A DNA stretch of 44,605 nt from NCBI GenBank assembly GCA_016462185.1, contig JAEMTQ010000002.1, positions 1-44,605 of the forward strand, given 5' to 3'. Positions 8,953-17,655 of the stretch are shown here, piece by piece. Below the pieces are notes generated by a model that saw only the letters and a program-made list of their open reading frames with translations, was not told where the DNA came from and did not search any database. How positions within the stretch are numbered: the stretch's first letter is position 1; each line of letters opens with the position of its first letter. A program made the position numbers and the translations under genes. This DNA is from Ilumatobacteraceae bacterium (GTDB taxonomy: Bacteria; Actinomycetota; Acidimicrobiia; Acidimicrobiales; Ilumatobacteraceae).

Positions 8953-9043
8953 GCTTAATTAAACCATAAGCAAAGATGCTTTTAGACTCAGAGTTTTCGA
9001 ATCAAACTAGACCGTTTCGCGGTTCGCATCTAGACTGATGTTT

Positions 9044-9271
9044 ATGCCGATGTATGAGTTTCGCTGTAAAACGTGCGATCAAACATTTGAAGAGCGTCGT
9101 TCAATGGCCCAAGCAAACGAACCAGCCAAATGCCCGCAAGGTCATGAAAACGCAGTGCGTCTTCTTTCGGTTTTTGCTTCTGTGGGTGGCGCGAGTAGTT
9201 CTGCGTCAGCGCCAACAATGCCTGCACCAAAAATGGGTGGGTGTGGCACTGGCTGCGGCTGTCACAGTTAA
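9044..9271 (+). CDS. FmdB family zinc-ribbon protein
   Basis: MPMYEFRCKTCDQTFE...KCPQGH carries the CxxC ... C motif, and the tail is Gly/Cys-rich (GGCGTGCGCHS). An alternative ATG lies at 9038. Confidence 0.75.
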   Translation: MPMYEFRCKTCDQTFEERRSMAQANEPAKCPQGHENAVRLLSVFASVGGASSSASAPTMPAPKMGGCGTGCGCHS

Positions 9272-9666
9272 TTGAGAACGTGAACGTCGCCGTGTGCGAC
9301 GAGCAGCCAGTCAGTTAAAACAAGCCCCGCATCTTGGCATCGATTTTTTGCCATAGAAAACTGTGCTGAATCTGAAGATTGCCGACCGACACCACCGCGT
9401 GATGAGAGGATTGAAATTGAGGTTGTCGCATCAACATTGATTGCCGCCCCAATTATTCGGTCGATGATCTGAGTCAGTTTGAGTTTGGAGTCGAATATGA
9501 AAATACCAACGCCACGTTGTTGGTGATCGGTGCATAAAACGACCGTCTCGTTGCGAAGTGGTCGTGAAATTGCAAGCGCAAACACACTGAGTTTTTCGGC
9601 CAGTGTTGTGATTGGGTCAAGTTGCGCGCGTGGCACGTCAATTGGTGGCGTAATTGTATGAAGCAT
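9268..9666 (-). CDS. hypothetical protein, RadC/JAB-like fold with degenerate metal site
   Basis: The C-terminal region ...ISILSSRGGVGRQSSDS...AGLVLTDWLLV aligns by eye to the RadC motif HNHPSG...PS..D...L.DHIIV, but both His residues are replaced. This is weak, pattern-based evidence. Confidence 0.4.
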   Translation of the reverse strand: MLHTITPPIDVPRAQLDPITTLAEKLSVFALAISRPLRNETVVLCTDHQQRGVGIFIFDSKLKLTQIIDRIIGAAINVDATTSISILSSRGGVGRQSSDSAQFSMAKNRCQDAGLVLTDWLLVAHGDVHVLN

Positions 9667-9741
9667 TAGATCTCGTTTCGTCGTTGAATACGTTTGTTGA
9701 ATTCGTGCTCGAATTTATTTGCCGAGGGTAACTAAAGGGTG

Positions 9742-10476
9742 TTACGCGTTTACGAAATTCACTGCCACAAGAATCAGGGCGACACTAATTACGAGTGGCG
9801 CCCCGATCTCAACAAATTTTGGCAAAGAGCGTTTGGTTGGAGTCAAAACAAACAGCCCACAGAGCGCACCTATTGCGGCTCCGCCGAAGTGCCCGCCAAT
9901 TGAGATGCCCGGTATCGCCAAGGTGATCACAATGTTCAAAACAAAAGTCAGACCTAGACCTGTTTGAAGCGGATTGATTCCTTGTTGGCGCATGCCAAAA
10001 AATGAGGCTGCCATCAGACCAAAAACGGCGCCAGATGCGCCACCGGTTATTGCCTCTGGACTCATAATCAAAGCGCCCACCGAACCGCCCAACAGCGAAG
10101 TGAAATAAAGCAGACCAAAGCGCAGTGACCCAATTTTCTGTTCGAACATTTGGCCGAGTTGATATGCCAACAACATGTTCATCGCTAAGTGAAAGACACC
10201 AAAATGGACAAAGCCACAACTGAGCAGCCGGTACCAGTCGCCCTGTTCTAGAAACTGACGTGAGATAACAAAATTTATTGACGTCTTGTCGAACCCCGAA
10301 AGCGACATCCACAAGTAAAGACCAACATTGATCGAGATGACCGCGTTTGTAACGGTCGGCTTACTGCCTGGTTGGCGATAGTTATTTCGACGTGCTCTGG
10401 GTTTTCTTGGTGCCGACTGCGCGGCTCTTGGTAACGGTGGTAACGGCGGCGGAACTTGCGGTGGGGGAAACGTCAC
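9742..10476 (-). CDS. rhomboid family intramembrane serine protease
   Basis: It carries HFGVFHLAMNM, the catalytic-Ser motif GASGAVFGLM and a downstream GGHFGG. The N-terminal tail is Pro-rich. It starts 4 nt downstream of the fcl stop. Confidence 0.85.
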   Translation of the reverse strand: MTFPPPQVPPPLPPLPRAAQSAPRKPRARRNNYRQPGSKPTVTNAVISINVGLYLWMSLSGFDKTSINFVISRQFLEQGDWYRLLSCGFVHFGVFHLAMNMLLAYQLGQMFEQKIGSLRFGLLYFTSLLGGSVGALIMSPEAITGGASGAVFGLMAASFFGMRQQGINPLQTGLGLTFVLNIVITLAIPGISIGGHFGGAAIGALCGLFVLTPTKRSLPKFVEIGAPLVISVALILVAVNFVNA

Positions 10477-10480
10477 TTGA

Positions 10481-11479
10481 CTATGAAGAGAGTGTTAGTG
10501 CTTCTTGACGATTCGCAAGAAACCAGTTCACTGTTTCATGCAACCCGTTTTCGAAATCAGTCGTTGCATGCCATCCCAATTCGCGTTCAGCGCGCGATGC
10601 GTCTACTCGGCGACGAGGTTGGCCATCAGGGCGTGAAGAATCCCAGACAAGTTCTCCGGCAAAGCCGACGATTCGCGCAATCGTCTCGGCGGTCTCGCGA
10701 ATTGTGATCTCTCGGTTGTTGCCAAGGTTGAGTGGCTCGGTTGAGTCGTGAAGTTCGCTAGCCAGCAGAATTGCGCGAGCCGCATCTTTGACATATAAAT
10801 AGTCGCGACTTGCCGATCCGGTTCCCCAGACAGCGATCTTGTCTAGCTTTTGTTCTTTTGCTTCGACACATTTTTTGATCAAAGCCGGAATCACATGAGA
10901 CACGTCAGGATGAAATTTGTCGCCAGGTCCAAACAGATTTGTCGGAATCAAGAAAGCAAACTTTTGTCCGTATTGTTGGGCATTTACCTGGGCATGAATC
11001 AGTAGTGCTTTTTTTGCAATCCCGTAGGGGGCGTTCGTCTCTTCGGGGTAGCCGTCCCAAATTGATTCTTCACGAAATGGAACTGGCGTAAATTTCGGAT
11101 AACTACAAACCGTGCCAAGCAGAATTGTTTTTTCAACTCCGGCAACTCTTGCTGCTTCAATCGTGTGCGTACCCATCATCAAGTTGTCAAGGTAGAGCGG
11201 TGCAGGTGCAACTTGGTTATAACCAATGCCACCAACCCGAGCAGCAAGGTGCACAACGTGGCTCGGCTTGTGTTTTTGAAACAGATCTAGGGCGACTCCT
11301 GGCACGGTTAAGTCGGCTTGCTTGTGTGTGGGTGCAATTACGTTTGCGCCAGCCGAACTAAACGCGGCAACAACGTTGCGACCTAAAAAGCCATTGCCTC
11401 CGGTGACAAGAACTTTGCGATTTTTCCAAAATGTATTGGACGAAGTCCAAGATGTAGTCGACGAAGATTTTTCGTTCAT
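10481..11479 (-). CDS. fcl: GDP-L-fucose synthase (GDP-4-keto-6-deoxy-D-mannose 3,5-epimerase/4-reductase)
   Basis: Extended SDR with VLVTGGNGFLGRNV, a Ser in GTVCSYP, and YGIAKKAL (YxxxK). The length fits Fcl, and gmd/manC/manB are in the same region. I trimmed the track ORF (to 11755) to the ATG at 11479 (MNEKSS...). Confidence 0.7.
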   Translation of the reverse strand: MNEKSSSTTSWTSSNTFWKNRKVLVTGGNGFLGRNVVAAFSSAGANVIAPTHKQADLTVPGVALDLFQKHKPSHVVHLAARVGGIGYNQVAPAPLYLDNLMMGTHTIEAARVAGVEKTILLGTVCSYPKFTPVPFREESIWDGYPEETNAPYGIAKKALLIHAQVNAQQYGQKFAFLIPTNLFGPGDKFHPDVSHVIPALIKKCVEAKEQKLDKIAVWGTGSASRDYLYVKDAARAILLASELHDSTEPLNLGNNREITIRETAETIARIVGFAGELVWDSSRPDGQPRRRVDASRAERELGWHATTDFENGLHETVNWFLANRQEALTLSS

Positions 11480-11572
11480 ATGGCTACTCACATCGTACGA
11501 CCCAAAGCCTGTTGTCTTTAGCCGTAAGGGCTTTGCGCCAATTATCAAGCCAACGCGGGCAGAATAGAAGGA

Positions 11573-12661
11573 ATGCGTGTGGCCTACTCTTTGGAACAGT
11601 GCTGGCATCGCGTACCAGGAGGCACAGCGACCGCAGCGATTGAACTCGCCCGCGTGCTGCCAAACTTGCGTCGAGACATTCAGCTGATCGGTTTTGCCGG
11701 TCGACACAAAACTGCGCCACAAGACGCATATCAGCCGCCCATAAATGTCGAGCAACTTTTCTTGAGCGGTGCGGCACTTTACGAGTCTTCAATGCGATTT
11801 GGCTTTCCGAAAGTAGAACAGGCAACAGGTCAAGTTGATCTATTGCATTGCACTTCGATAATTCCGTTTGCTAGTAAATCAAAAATGGTGGCGACGATTC
11901 ACGATCTTGCTTTTTTGAAGTATCCACAGTTTTTTAGCCGACGCGGCAACTCGGTGTTTCGCCGCAGTCTCAAAATTCTGCTTGAGCGCGCCGATGTTTT
12001 GTTGTGCTCGTCTCAGTCCACGCTTGAAGACTGCGCCGAATATGGTTTCTCTCGAGATCGACTTGAACATGTTCCACTCGGAGTAGTTGCCCCAATGGTC
12101 ATGACTAGCCGAGATCAAGTTAAGACTCGTTACAAATTACCCGACGAATATTTGCTGTTTGTCGGCACACTTGAGCCGCGTAAAAATTTAAGTCAATTGA
12201 TTGATGCACTTGAAATTCTTGGTGATTCGGTGCCAGATCTTGTTGTTGTCGGGTCTACCGGTTGGGGTGATGTGCCCGAAGCAGAAAACTTGACGAGCAA
12301 GACAAAGATGCGGGTGCACTTCGCCGGTTTTGTTCAGCCCAGTGATCTTGGGGCAATTTATGCCGGGGCACAAGTTCTTTGTTATCCATCTTTGATGGAA
12401 GGTTTTGGTTTGCCAATTCTCGAGGCCATGAGTTACGGAACGCCAGTCGTGACGAGCAAAGGTTCTTCAACACAAGAAGTGTCGGGTAACGCCGCCGTGT
12501 TGGTTGACCCGCTGAACATTGAAAGCATTGCGGCCGGCATCACTCAAGCGATAAGCCACAAAGCCGAGTTGTCGCAATTGGGCCGCAAGCGAGCCAGCGA
12601 AATGACTTGGCAGGCCACGGCACAAAAAACAGTCGAAGTTTATGAGCGGGTGGTGCAGTGA
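11573..12661 (+). CDS. glycosyltransferase family 4 (GT-B)
   Basis: The C-terminal EX7E-type motif is PSLMEGFGLPILEAMSYGTPVVTS. GAAGGA lies before the ATG. Confidence 0.8.
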   Translation: MRVAYSLEQCWHRVPGGTATAAIELARVLPNLRRDIQLIGFAGRHKTAPQDAYQPPINVEQLFLSGAALYESSMRFGFPKVEQATGQVDLLHCTSIIPFASKSKMVATIHDLAFLKYPQFFSRRGNSVFRRSLKILLERADVLLCSSQSTLEDCAEYGFSRDRLEHVPLGVVAPMVMTSRDQVKTRYKLPDEYLLFVGTLEPRKNLSQLIDALEILGDSVPDLVVVGSTGWGDVPEAENLTSKTKMRVHFAGFVQPSDLGAIYAGAQVLCYPSLMEGFGLPILEAMSYGTPVVTSKGSSTQEVSGNAAVLVDPLNIESIAAGITQAISHKAELSQLGRKRASEMTWQATAQKTVEVYERVVQ

Positions 12662-13770
12662 CTTTGAAAGTCGGTGTGAACTTGCTTTGGTTGCGTAGCG
12701 GGCAAGTCGGCGGGTCGCAAGAATATTTGATTCGACAACTACTGGGACTAGAGATGTGCAATCAACAAAAATTCGCGGTGACGTTGTTTGTTCAATCTGG
12801 TTTCGGCAAAAATCATCCCGAACTTGCAGCAATTTATGAATACATCGAAGCTCCTAAACATGGTGGTGCGCGAGCGTTGAGAATTCTTCTTGAGCAGACT
12901 TGGCTTGCTTTCAAGGTGCGCAAATTTGATGTAGTTCATCACGGCGGTGGAACGATGCCACGCTTTGCCGGAAAGTCGACCGTTCTGACAGTTCATGACG
13001 TGCAATATCTTTCATTTCCAGAAAATTTCAGTCGCCTGCGACTTACGTATTTGCGCAAAGTAGTGCCAAGATCTCTCGTCAGAGCATCAATAGTCACCAC
13101 GCCAAGCGAATATGTTCGCCAGAGACTGATTGAGAAGTTTGCAATTGCGCCGAGCAAAGTGCATGTTGTGCGTCACGGCATTGACGATCAACTCGGTAAG
13201 TCGGCCACGAGCGAGCAAGAGTTACGCCGCAGGCTTCGACTCGAAAACAAAGATGTGATATTTCTGCCTGCAGTAACTCATCCGCACAAAAATCACAAGT
13301 TCTTGTTGCAACTGATGAAGTCTCATTGGGTTGACAAGAACCTCGTTTTGGTCTGTGCAGGCGGTCAAGGTCGTAGTGAAGTTGACTTTATGCGCGAAGT
13401 GCGGCGGTTGAATCTAGATGATCGAGTTGTGCGCATCGGTCGTGTCACTGACGATGATCGCGACGGCTTGCTCAAACTCTCTAGAGCGTTGGTTTTTCCG
13501 AGTTTGTATGAAGGTTTCGGTGCACCAGTCATTGAGGCAATGCAACTTGGAACGCCAGTTATTGCCAGCGACTGTGCGGCTCTGCCAGAGATCGTCGGTG
13601 ATGCTGGTCTTGTACTTTCACTCAAAGTCGAGATCTGGGCTGATTCTCTAGATGTTGTGGCAAGCAAGAAAGAGACGCTGGTCAAAGCCGGAAAACTTAG
13701 GGCAGAGTTTTTCTCGATTGTCAACTCGGGTAAAGATTTAGCGCTGGCTTACGAGGCGACAAATTCATGA
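12658..13770 (+). CDS. glycosyltransferase family 4 (GT-B)
   Basis: It carries PSLYEGFGAPVIEAMQLGTPVIASD. The GTGA start/stop overlap links it to the upstream GT. Confidence 0.8.
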   Translation: MTLKVGVNLLWLRSGQVGGSQEYLIRQLLGLEMCNQQKFAVTLFVQSGFGKNHPELAAIYEYIEAPKHGGARALRILLEQTWLAFKVRKFDVVHHGGGTMPRFAGKSTVLTVHDVQYLSFPENFSRLRLTYLRKVVPRSLVRASIVTTPSEYVRQRLIEKFAIAPSKVHVVRHGIDDQLGKSATSEQELRRRLRLENKDVIFLPAVTHPHKNHKFLLQLMKSHWVDKNLVLVCAGGQGRSEVDFMREVRRLNLDDRVVRIGRVTDDDRDGLLKLSRALVFPSLYEGFGAPVIEAMQLGTPVIASDCAALPEIVGDAGLVLSLKVEIWADSLDVVASKKETLVKAGKLRAEFFSIVNSGKDLALAYEATNS

Positions 13771-14999
13771 CAAAAAAGTTGCGACTAATTGTTTTGTGTC
13801 CACACTTTGAGCCAGACATGGCGCCGACCGGTGTAGTGATGACAAGAATCGTGCATGAACTCGCAGCCCGCGGTCATCAATTGCATGTTGTCACTTCGTT
13901 GCCGTGGTATCGCAAACATCAAGTTGAAGCTGGCTGGTCTGGCGCATTGTGGCGCGTTGAGAAAACTACATGGGGTTCAATCACTCGTGTACAACCGTTT
14001 GCCGGTCGAACAAAGAGCAACTTGATTCGTCGCGCGGTGGGCTTCGTTCTGTTTAGTTACTTTGTCGGTTTGCGCGCTTTGTTCGCTGGCGGGTTTTGGC
14101 GTCGAGTTGATGGAGTGCTCGCCATGTCACCACCGCTCACGCTGGGTCTAATTGGTTGGCACACAAAACTCTTTAGAGGTGGAAAACTGGTTTTTAATAT
14201 TCAAGATGTGTTTCCTGATGCGGCAATCGAGACTGGGGCGATCACGAATAAACGGGTGATCGCAGCGGCGTCATGGCTTGAGCGGGTGAGTTATAAGCGC
14301 TCAGATTCGGTGGTGCTGTTATCTGATGACTTGGCGAACAACGTGCAGCGCAAACTTGATCAGAAGTTTCATCGACGCGTCAAGGTGATTCCAAATTTTG
14401 TAGACACTCAAGCGATCATGCCGATGTCTCGAATGACTAGTTACAGACGCGAACTCGGCATCGACGAATCTCTTGTCGTGATGTATGCCGGCAATGTTGG
14501 TTTTTCTCAATCGCTTGAGCTGTTGATTGAAACTGCACGAGCGATTCCAGATGTGATCGTTTTGATTAATGGTGAAGGTGCGGCACGCAAATCTCTCGAG
14601 ATGGCGGCGCAAGGTTTGGTCAATGTCAAGTTTGGCGACTACCAAGATGTCTCACGCTTGAGTGAAGTACTGGCAACTGGTGATCTTCACGTTGTGCCAC
14701 TGCGTCGTGGTTTGGGTTCAGTCAGCGTGCCATCTAAAACTTATTCGATACTTGCCGCGGCTCGTCCGATTTGTGCAGCAATTGATCTAGATACTGAAGT
14801 GCCTCGAATATTGGCGGCATCGAATGCCGGAGTTTGCGTTGAGCCTGACAATTCGCAGGCGTTTGTATCCGCAATTTCTGCGTTAATTGCCGACCGTAAA
14901 ACTCTTGAAGAAATGGGTCTACGCGGGCGAAAATGGGTTGAGGGGCATGCTTCGCCCCAGTCGGTTGCGCAGCGTTACGAAGCCTTGTACACGCGATAA
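13767..14999 (+). CDS. glycosyltransferase, WcaI-like GT4
   Basis: The N-terminus LIVLCPHFEPDMAPTGVVMTRIVHELAARGH is WcaI-like. The ATGA overlap links it to the upstream GT. Confidence 0.7.
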   Translation: MTKKLRLIVLCPHFEPDMAPTGVVMTRIVHELAARGHQLHVVTSLPWYRKHQVEAGWSGALWRVEKTTWGSITRVQPFAGRTKSNLIRRAVGFVLFSYFVGLRALFAGGFWRRVDGVLAMSPPLTLGLIGWHTKLFRGGKLVFNIQDVFPDAAIETGAITNKRVIAAASWLERVSYKRSDSVVLLSDDLANNVQRKLDQKFHRRVKVIPNFVDTQAIMPMSRMTSYRRELGIDESLVVMYAGNVGFSQSLELLIETARAIPDVIVLINGEGAARKSLEMAAQGLVNVKFGDYQDVSRLSEVLATGDLHVVPLRRGLGSVSVPSKTYSILAAARPICAAIDLDTEVPRILAASNAGVCVEPDNSQAFVSAISALIADRKTLEEMGLRGRKWVEGHASPQSVAQRYEALYTR

Positions 15000-15019
15000 G
15001 CCTGTAGCATTTCTTCTTC

Positions 15020-15691
15020 GTGGCTACCTCATCTTCAGCGAAAAAAATCGCCCGTCTGGCTGAAGCCAGCAAAAATCGCAAGGGTCGAAAAGTTCGAATG
15101 CAGGGTGGCTCTTTGTTTCCGACGATGATCTTCGTGATTGTCGTGCTTGGTGTCGGCCTTATTGCCTATGCCCGTCAAAGCCAAGAACGAGTGAGCGCAC
15201 TCGACACAGCAAAGCAGACCTACTTCACAGCGTTCGGCATCTATAAGTGTGATGCATTCATCGAGAACTTGCCAGATGCGACCCAATTAGGTCAAGACAT
15301 CGCAACTGTGAAGCCAGGTGCCTTTATTGAATCGCCAGGTGTTGTGCGCTGGGAGCCACAAGTGTTGTCTGGCGAGCGTCGCGCAAAACTTGAAACAATT
15401 TTTGAGCTTTACGGTTTGAAAGTAACGAACGATTCAATCGAGTTTCCTTCGACTTTGAATAATGGTGAGAAAATTACCGAGATTGACACCAAGTGTGGCG
15501 ACAAAGATGCAACCGTGCAGGTCGTCGTCTGGGATACGAAAAATGAGTCATCTAAAGTTTCAATTGCCGAGCTCGGCAATGTGCGTTTGACTGGCAATGG
15601 CATGGCGATCACTTTGGCTTTCGTGGCAAAAGATGTTGAAGTGCCACAACCAGTGACGGTCACAGACCTTGATCTTCTGATCACGGGTTAA
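15020..15691 (+). CDS. membrane-anchored hypothetical protein
   Basis: GTG start. It has a basic N-terminus, a single TM (LFPTMIFVIVVLGVGLIAYA) and a soluble domain of about 170 aa with two Cys. I recognise no family. Confidence 0.5.
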   Translation: MATSSSAKKIARLAEASKNRKGRKVRMQGGSLFPTMIFVIVVLGVGLIAYARQSQERVSALDTAKQTYFTAFGIYKCDAFIENLPDATQLGQDIATVKPGAFIESPGVVRWEPQVLSGERRAKLETIFELYGLKVTNDSIEFPSTLNNGEKITEIDTKCGDKDATVQVVVWDTKNESSKVSIAELGNVRLTGNGMAITLAFVAKDVEVPQPVTVTDLDLLITG

Positions 15692-15717
15692 CAACAAAAA
15701 TCGGAGAAGATCGACAA

Positions 15718-16722
15718 ATGCACGCAGTCGTGCTAGTTGGTGGGTTCGGCACGAGATTGCGACCGTTGACGTTGGCGACGCCAAAACCTCTATTACCGAT
15801 CGGAAACTTGCCACTTCTTGAGCGGTTGATGACGTCGTTAGCGAAAGGTGGCGTAACAAACGCAGTTTTGTCGCTCGGTTTCAAACCCGAACCGTTTCTT
15901 GAGGCGTTTCCCGCAAACATTTGTGCTGGTGTCAAATTAACTTATGCAGTCGAAGATCGACCATTAGATACTGCGGGCGCAATCGGGTTTGCCGCGCGAG
16001 AGGCCGGCATTCATACTCGTGGTGAAACTTTTCTTGTCGCCAACGGCGATGTGTTGACTGACTTAGATATTTCTGAACTAGTCGAGTTTCATCGTTCGGC
16101 GGGAGCGCAAGGAACAATTCATCTCACTCCAGTCGAAGATCCTTCGCAGTATGGCGTTGTCGAGACGCAAGCCGATGGTCGTGTGCTTCGTTTTGTTGAA
16201 AAGCCTTTGCCGGGTCAGTCAAACTCGCGCAATGTGAACGCCGGAACTTATGTTTTTGAAGCGTCGGTTCTTGATCGCATGCCAGGAGTTGCGCCATTGT
16301 CAATCGAACGCGCAACATTTCCTGAAATGGTTGTTGACAAACAACTTTTTGGTTTTGCAACCGACGACTATTGGATTGACGCAGGTCGCCCTGATACTTA
16401 TGTTCGTGCCAATCTCGATCTGTTGCAACGCGAACACGGCTATTTGGTCATGGCTGTCAGCACGAAAGCAGAAATTGCAAAATCAGCAACAATTTCACAA
16501 AGCATGATTGCCGACGATTGCAAAGTGGGCGAGAACGCTCAAGTCGTGCGCTCAGTTCTGCTCAATGGCGCCAAGGTTGAAGCGAATGCCGTAGTTATAG
16601 ATAGTGCGGTGATGGGTCATATTGGTTCATTTGCCGAAGTCACCTCATGTCTGGTTGGTATTGACGGCGACGTCCGATCTGGCGCAGTATTGCGTGATGC
16701 CAAAGTTCCCGATCCAAACTGA
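15718..16722 (+). CDS. manC: mannose-1-phosphate guanylyltransferase (NTP-transferase plus left-handed beta-helix)
   Basis: It carries the nucleotidyltransferase signature VVLVGGFGTRLRPLTLATPKPLLPIGN. GGAGAAG lies upstream of the start. Confidence 0.8.
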   Translation: MHAVVLVGGFGTRLRPLTLATPKPLLPIGNLPLLERLMTSLAKGGVTNAVLSLGFKPEPFLEAFPANICAGVKLTYAVEDRPLDTAGAIGFAAREAGIHTRGETFLVANGDVLTDLDISELVEFHRSAGAQGTIHLTPVEDPSQYGVVETQADGRVLRFVEKPLPGQSNSRNVNAGTYVFEASVLDRMPGVAPLSIERATFPEMVVDKQLFGFATDDYWIDAGRPDTYVRANLDLLQREHGYLVMAVSTKAEIAKSATISQSMIADDCKVGENAQVVRSVLLNGAKVEANAVVIDSAVMGHIGSFAEVTSCLVGIDGDVRSGAVLRDAKVPDPN

Positions 16723-16731
16723 AAGAACCTA

Positions 16732-17655
16732 ATGGCACAAATTAACGGCGTCTTGGTCTGCGGCGGAGCCGGTTTCGTCGGGTCACATCTAGTTGATCGT
16801 CTTCTGGCTGACGGCCACAGCGTTGAAGTTGTAGACGATCTTTCGGTGGGATCTCTTGCCAACTTGAGTTCCGCTCGCGCCTCGGGCGGAACATTGAGAT
16901 TTCACCATCTCGATGTTGCGGCACCAGAATTTTCAGAATTAATCGCATTGCGCCGACCATCGGTCATTTATCACTTGGCATTGTTGCCGACAGGCGCAAC
17001 GCGCACCAACGAGATGTTGCGTTCTGCAACTTTGCTTCTTGCCGTACTTGAAGCGGCGCGTCGCTACGCGGTAAAAAAAGTTGTGGTGGCGCTACCAGCG
17101 GGCTTGCTTTACGGCGAAGTTCCCGCGCGGCAGTTGCCGGTCAAAGAAGGTCGCAAGTCAGACCCGATGGGTGTCGCGCACGTCATGGCGAACACGTTGG
17201 TCGATTTGCTCACCGTCTATCGCGAAAGCTACGACGTTGAGTTCACTGCTCTTGCTATGACAAATGTTTACGGTTCACGCCAACGGTCGAGCGATGGGGT
17301 AGTTGCCGCGTTCACCAATGCGGTGGTCAACCAAACTTCGCCTGTGATTTGTGGCAACGGTCGACAGACGCGAGATTTTCTTTTCATCGATGATGCAGTT
17401 GACGCACTTGCGCGCGCGATAAACAAAGGTGGCGGATTGGTGATCAACGTCGGCACGGGTGTGCAAACAACGATCAACGACTTGTGGCACCTGGTTGGCA
17501 GTCAGACGACGTTGCAAGAAACCTATGAGTCTGCGCGTCACGCTGACTTGCAACGTAATGCGGTTAATGCAACTCGTGCTCGCATTCAACTTGGTTGGTC
17601 GCATTGGACATCTCTTGAGTCGGGCGTCGACGAATTGCTCGGACGCAAAAAATAA
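16732..17655 (+). CDS. atypical extended-SDR (NAD-dependent epimerase/dehydratase homologue) lacking the Ser-Tyr-Lys triad
   Basis: The Rossmann motif VCGGAGFVGSH is present. The triad positions read ALPAGLLYG (Ser replaced by Ala/Pro) and DPMGVAH (Tyr replaced by Met, Lys by His). NVYGSRQ is retained. Confidence 0.7.
   Translation: MAQINGVLVCGGAGFVGSHLVDRLLADGHSVEVVDDLSVGSLANLSSARASGGTLRFHHLDVAAPEFSELIALRRPSVIYHLALLPTGATRTNEMLRSATLLLAVLEAARRYAVKKVVVALPAGLLYGEVPARQLPVKEGRKSDPMGVAHVMANTLVDLLTVYRESYDVEFTALAMTNVYGSRQRSSDGVVAAFTNAVVNQTSPVICGNGRQTRDFLFIDDAVDALARAINKGGGLVINVGTGVQTTINDLWHLVGSQTTLQETYESARHADLQRNAVNATRARIQLGWSHWTSLESGVDELLGRKK

Noticed and set aside
10380-10476. GGTAACGGTGGTAACGGCGG-type short repeats at the rhomboid 5' end, and similar CCACC/GGTGG runs at the ftsH 5' end (28930-28988).
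   Set aside because: These are the coding consequence of poly-proline tracts (PPLPPLP, PPPPPP) on the minus strand. They are not independent DNA repeats.
11503-11535. A 7-bp inverted repeat CAAAGCC...GGCTTTG in the fcl/GT4 divergent spacer.
   Set aside because: The 19-nt loop and short stem give a weak hairpin. It sits upstream of both divergent genes and not at a 3' end, so it is unlikely to be a terminator. A role as an operator cannot be supported from one copy.
11480-11755. The 92-codon N-terminal extension of the fcl ORF in the track (start at 11755), overlapping the divergent GT4 gene.
   Set aside because: The extension is Cys/Arg/Trp-rich with no homology to SDR N-termini. The Rossmann motif VLVTGGNGFLG follows shortly after the ATG at 11479, giving the expected Fcl length. 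The long form would also eliminate the divergent promoter region.
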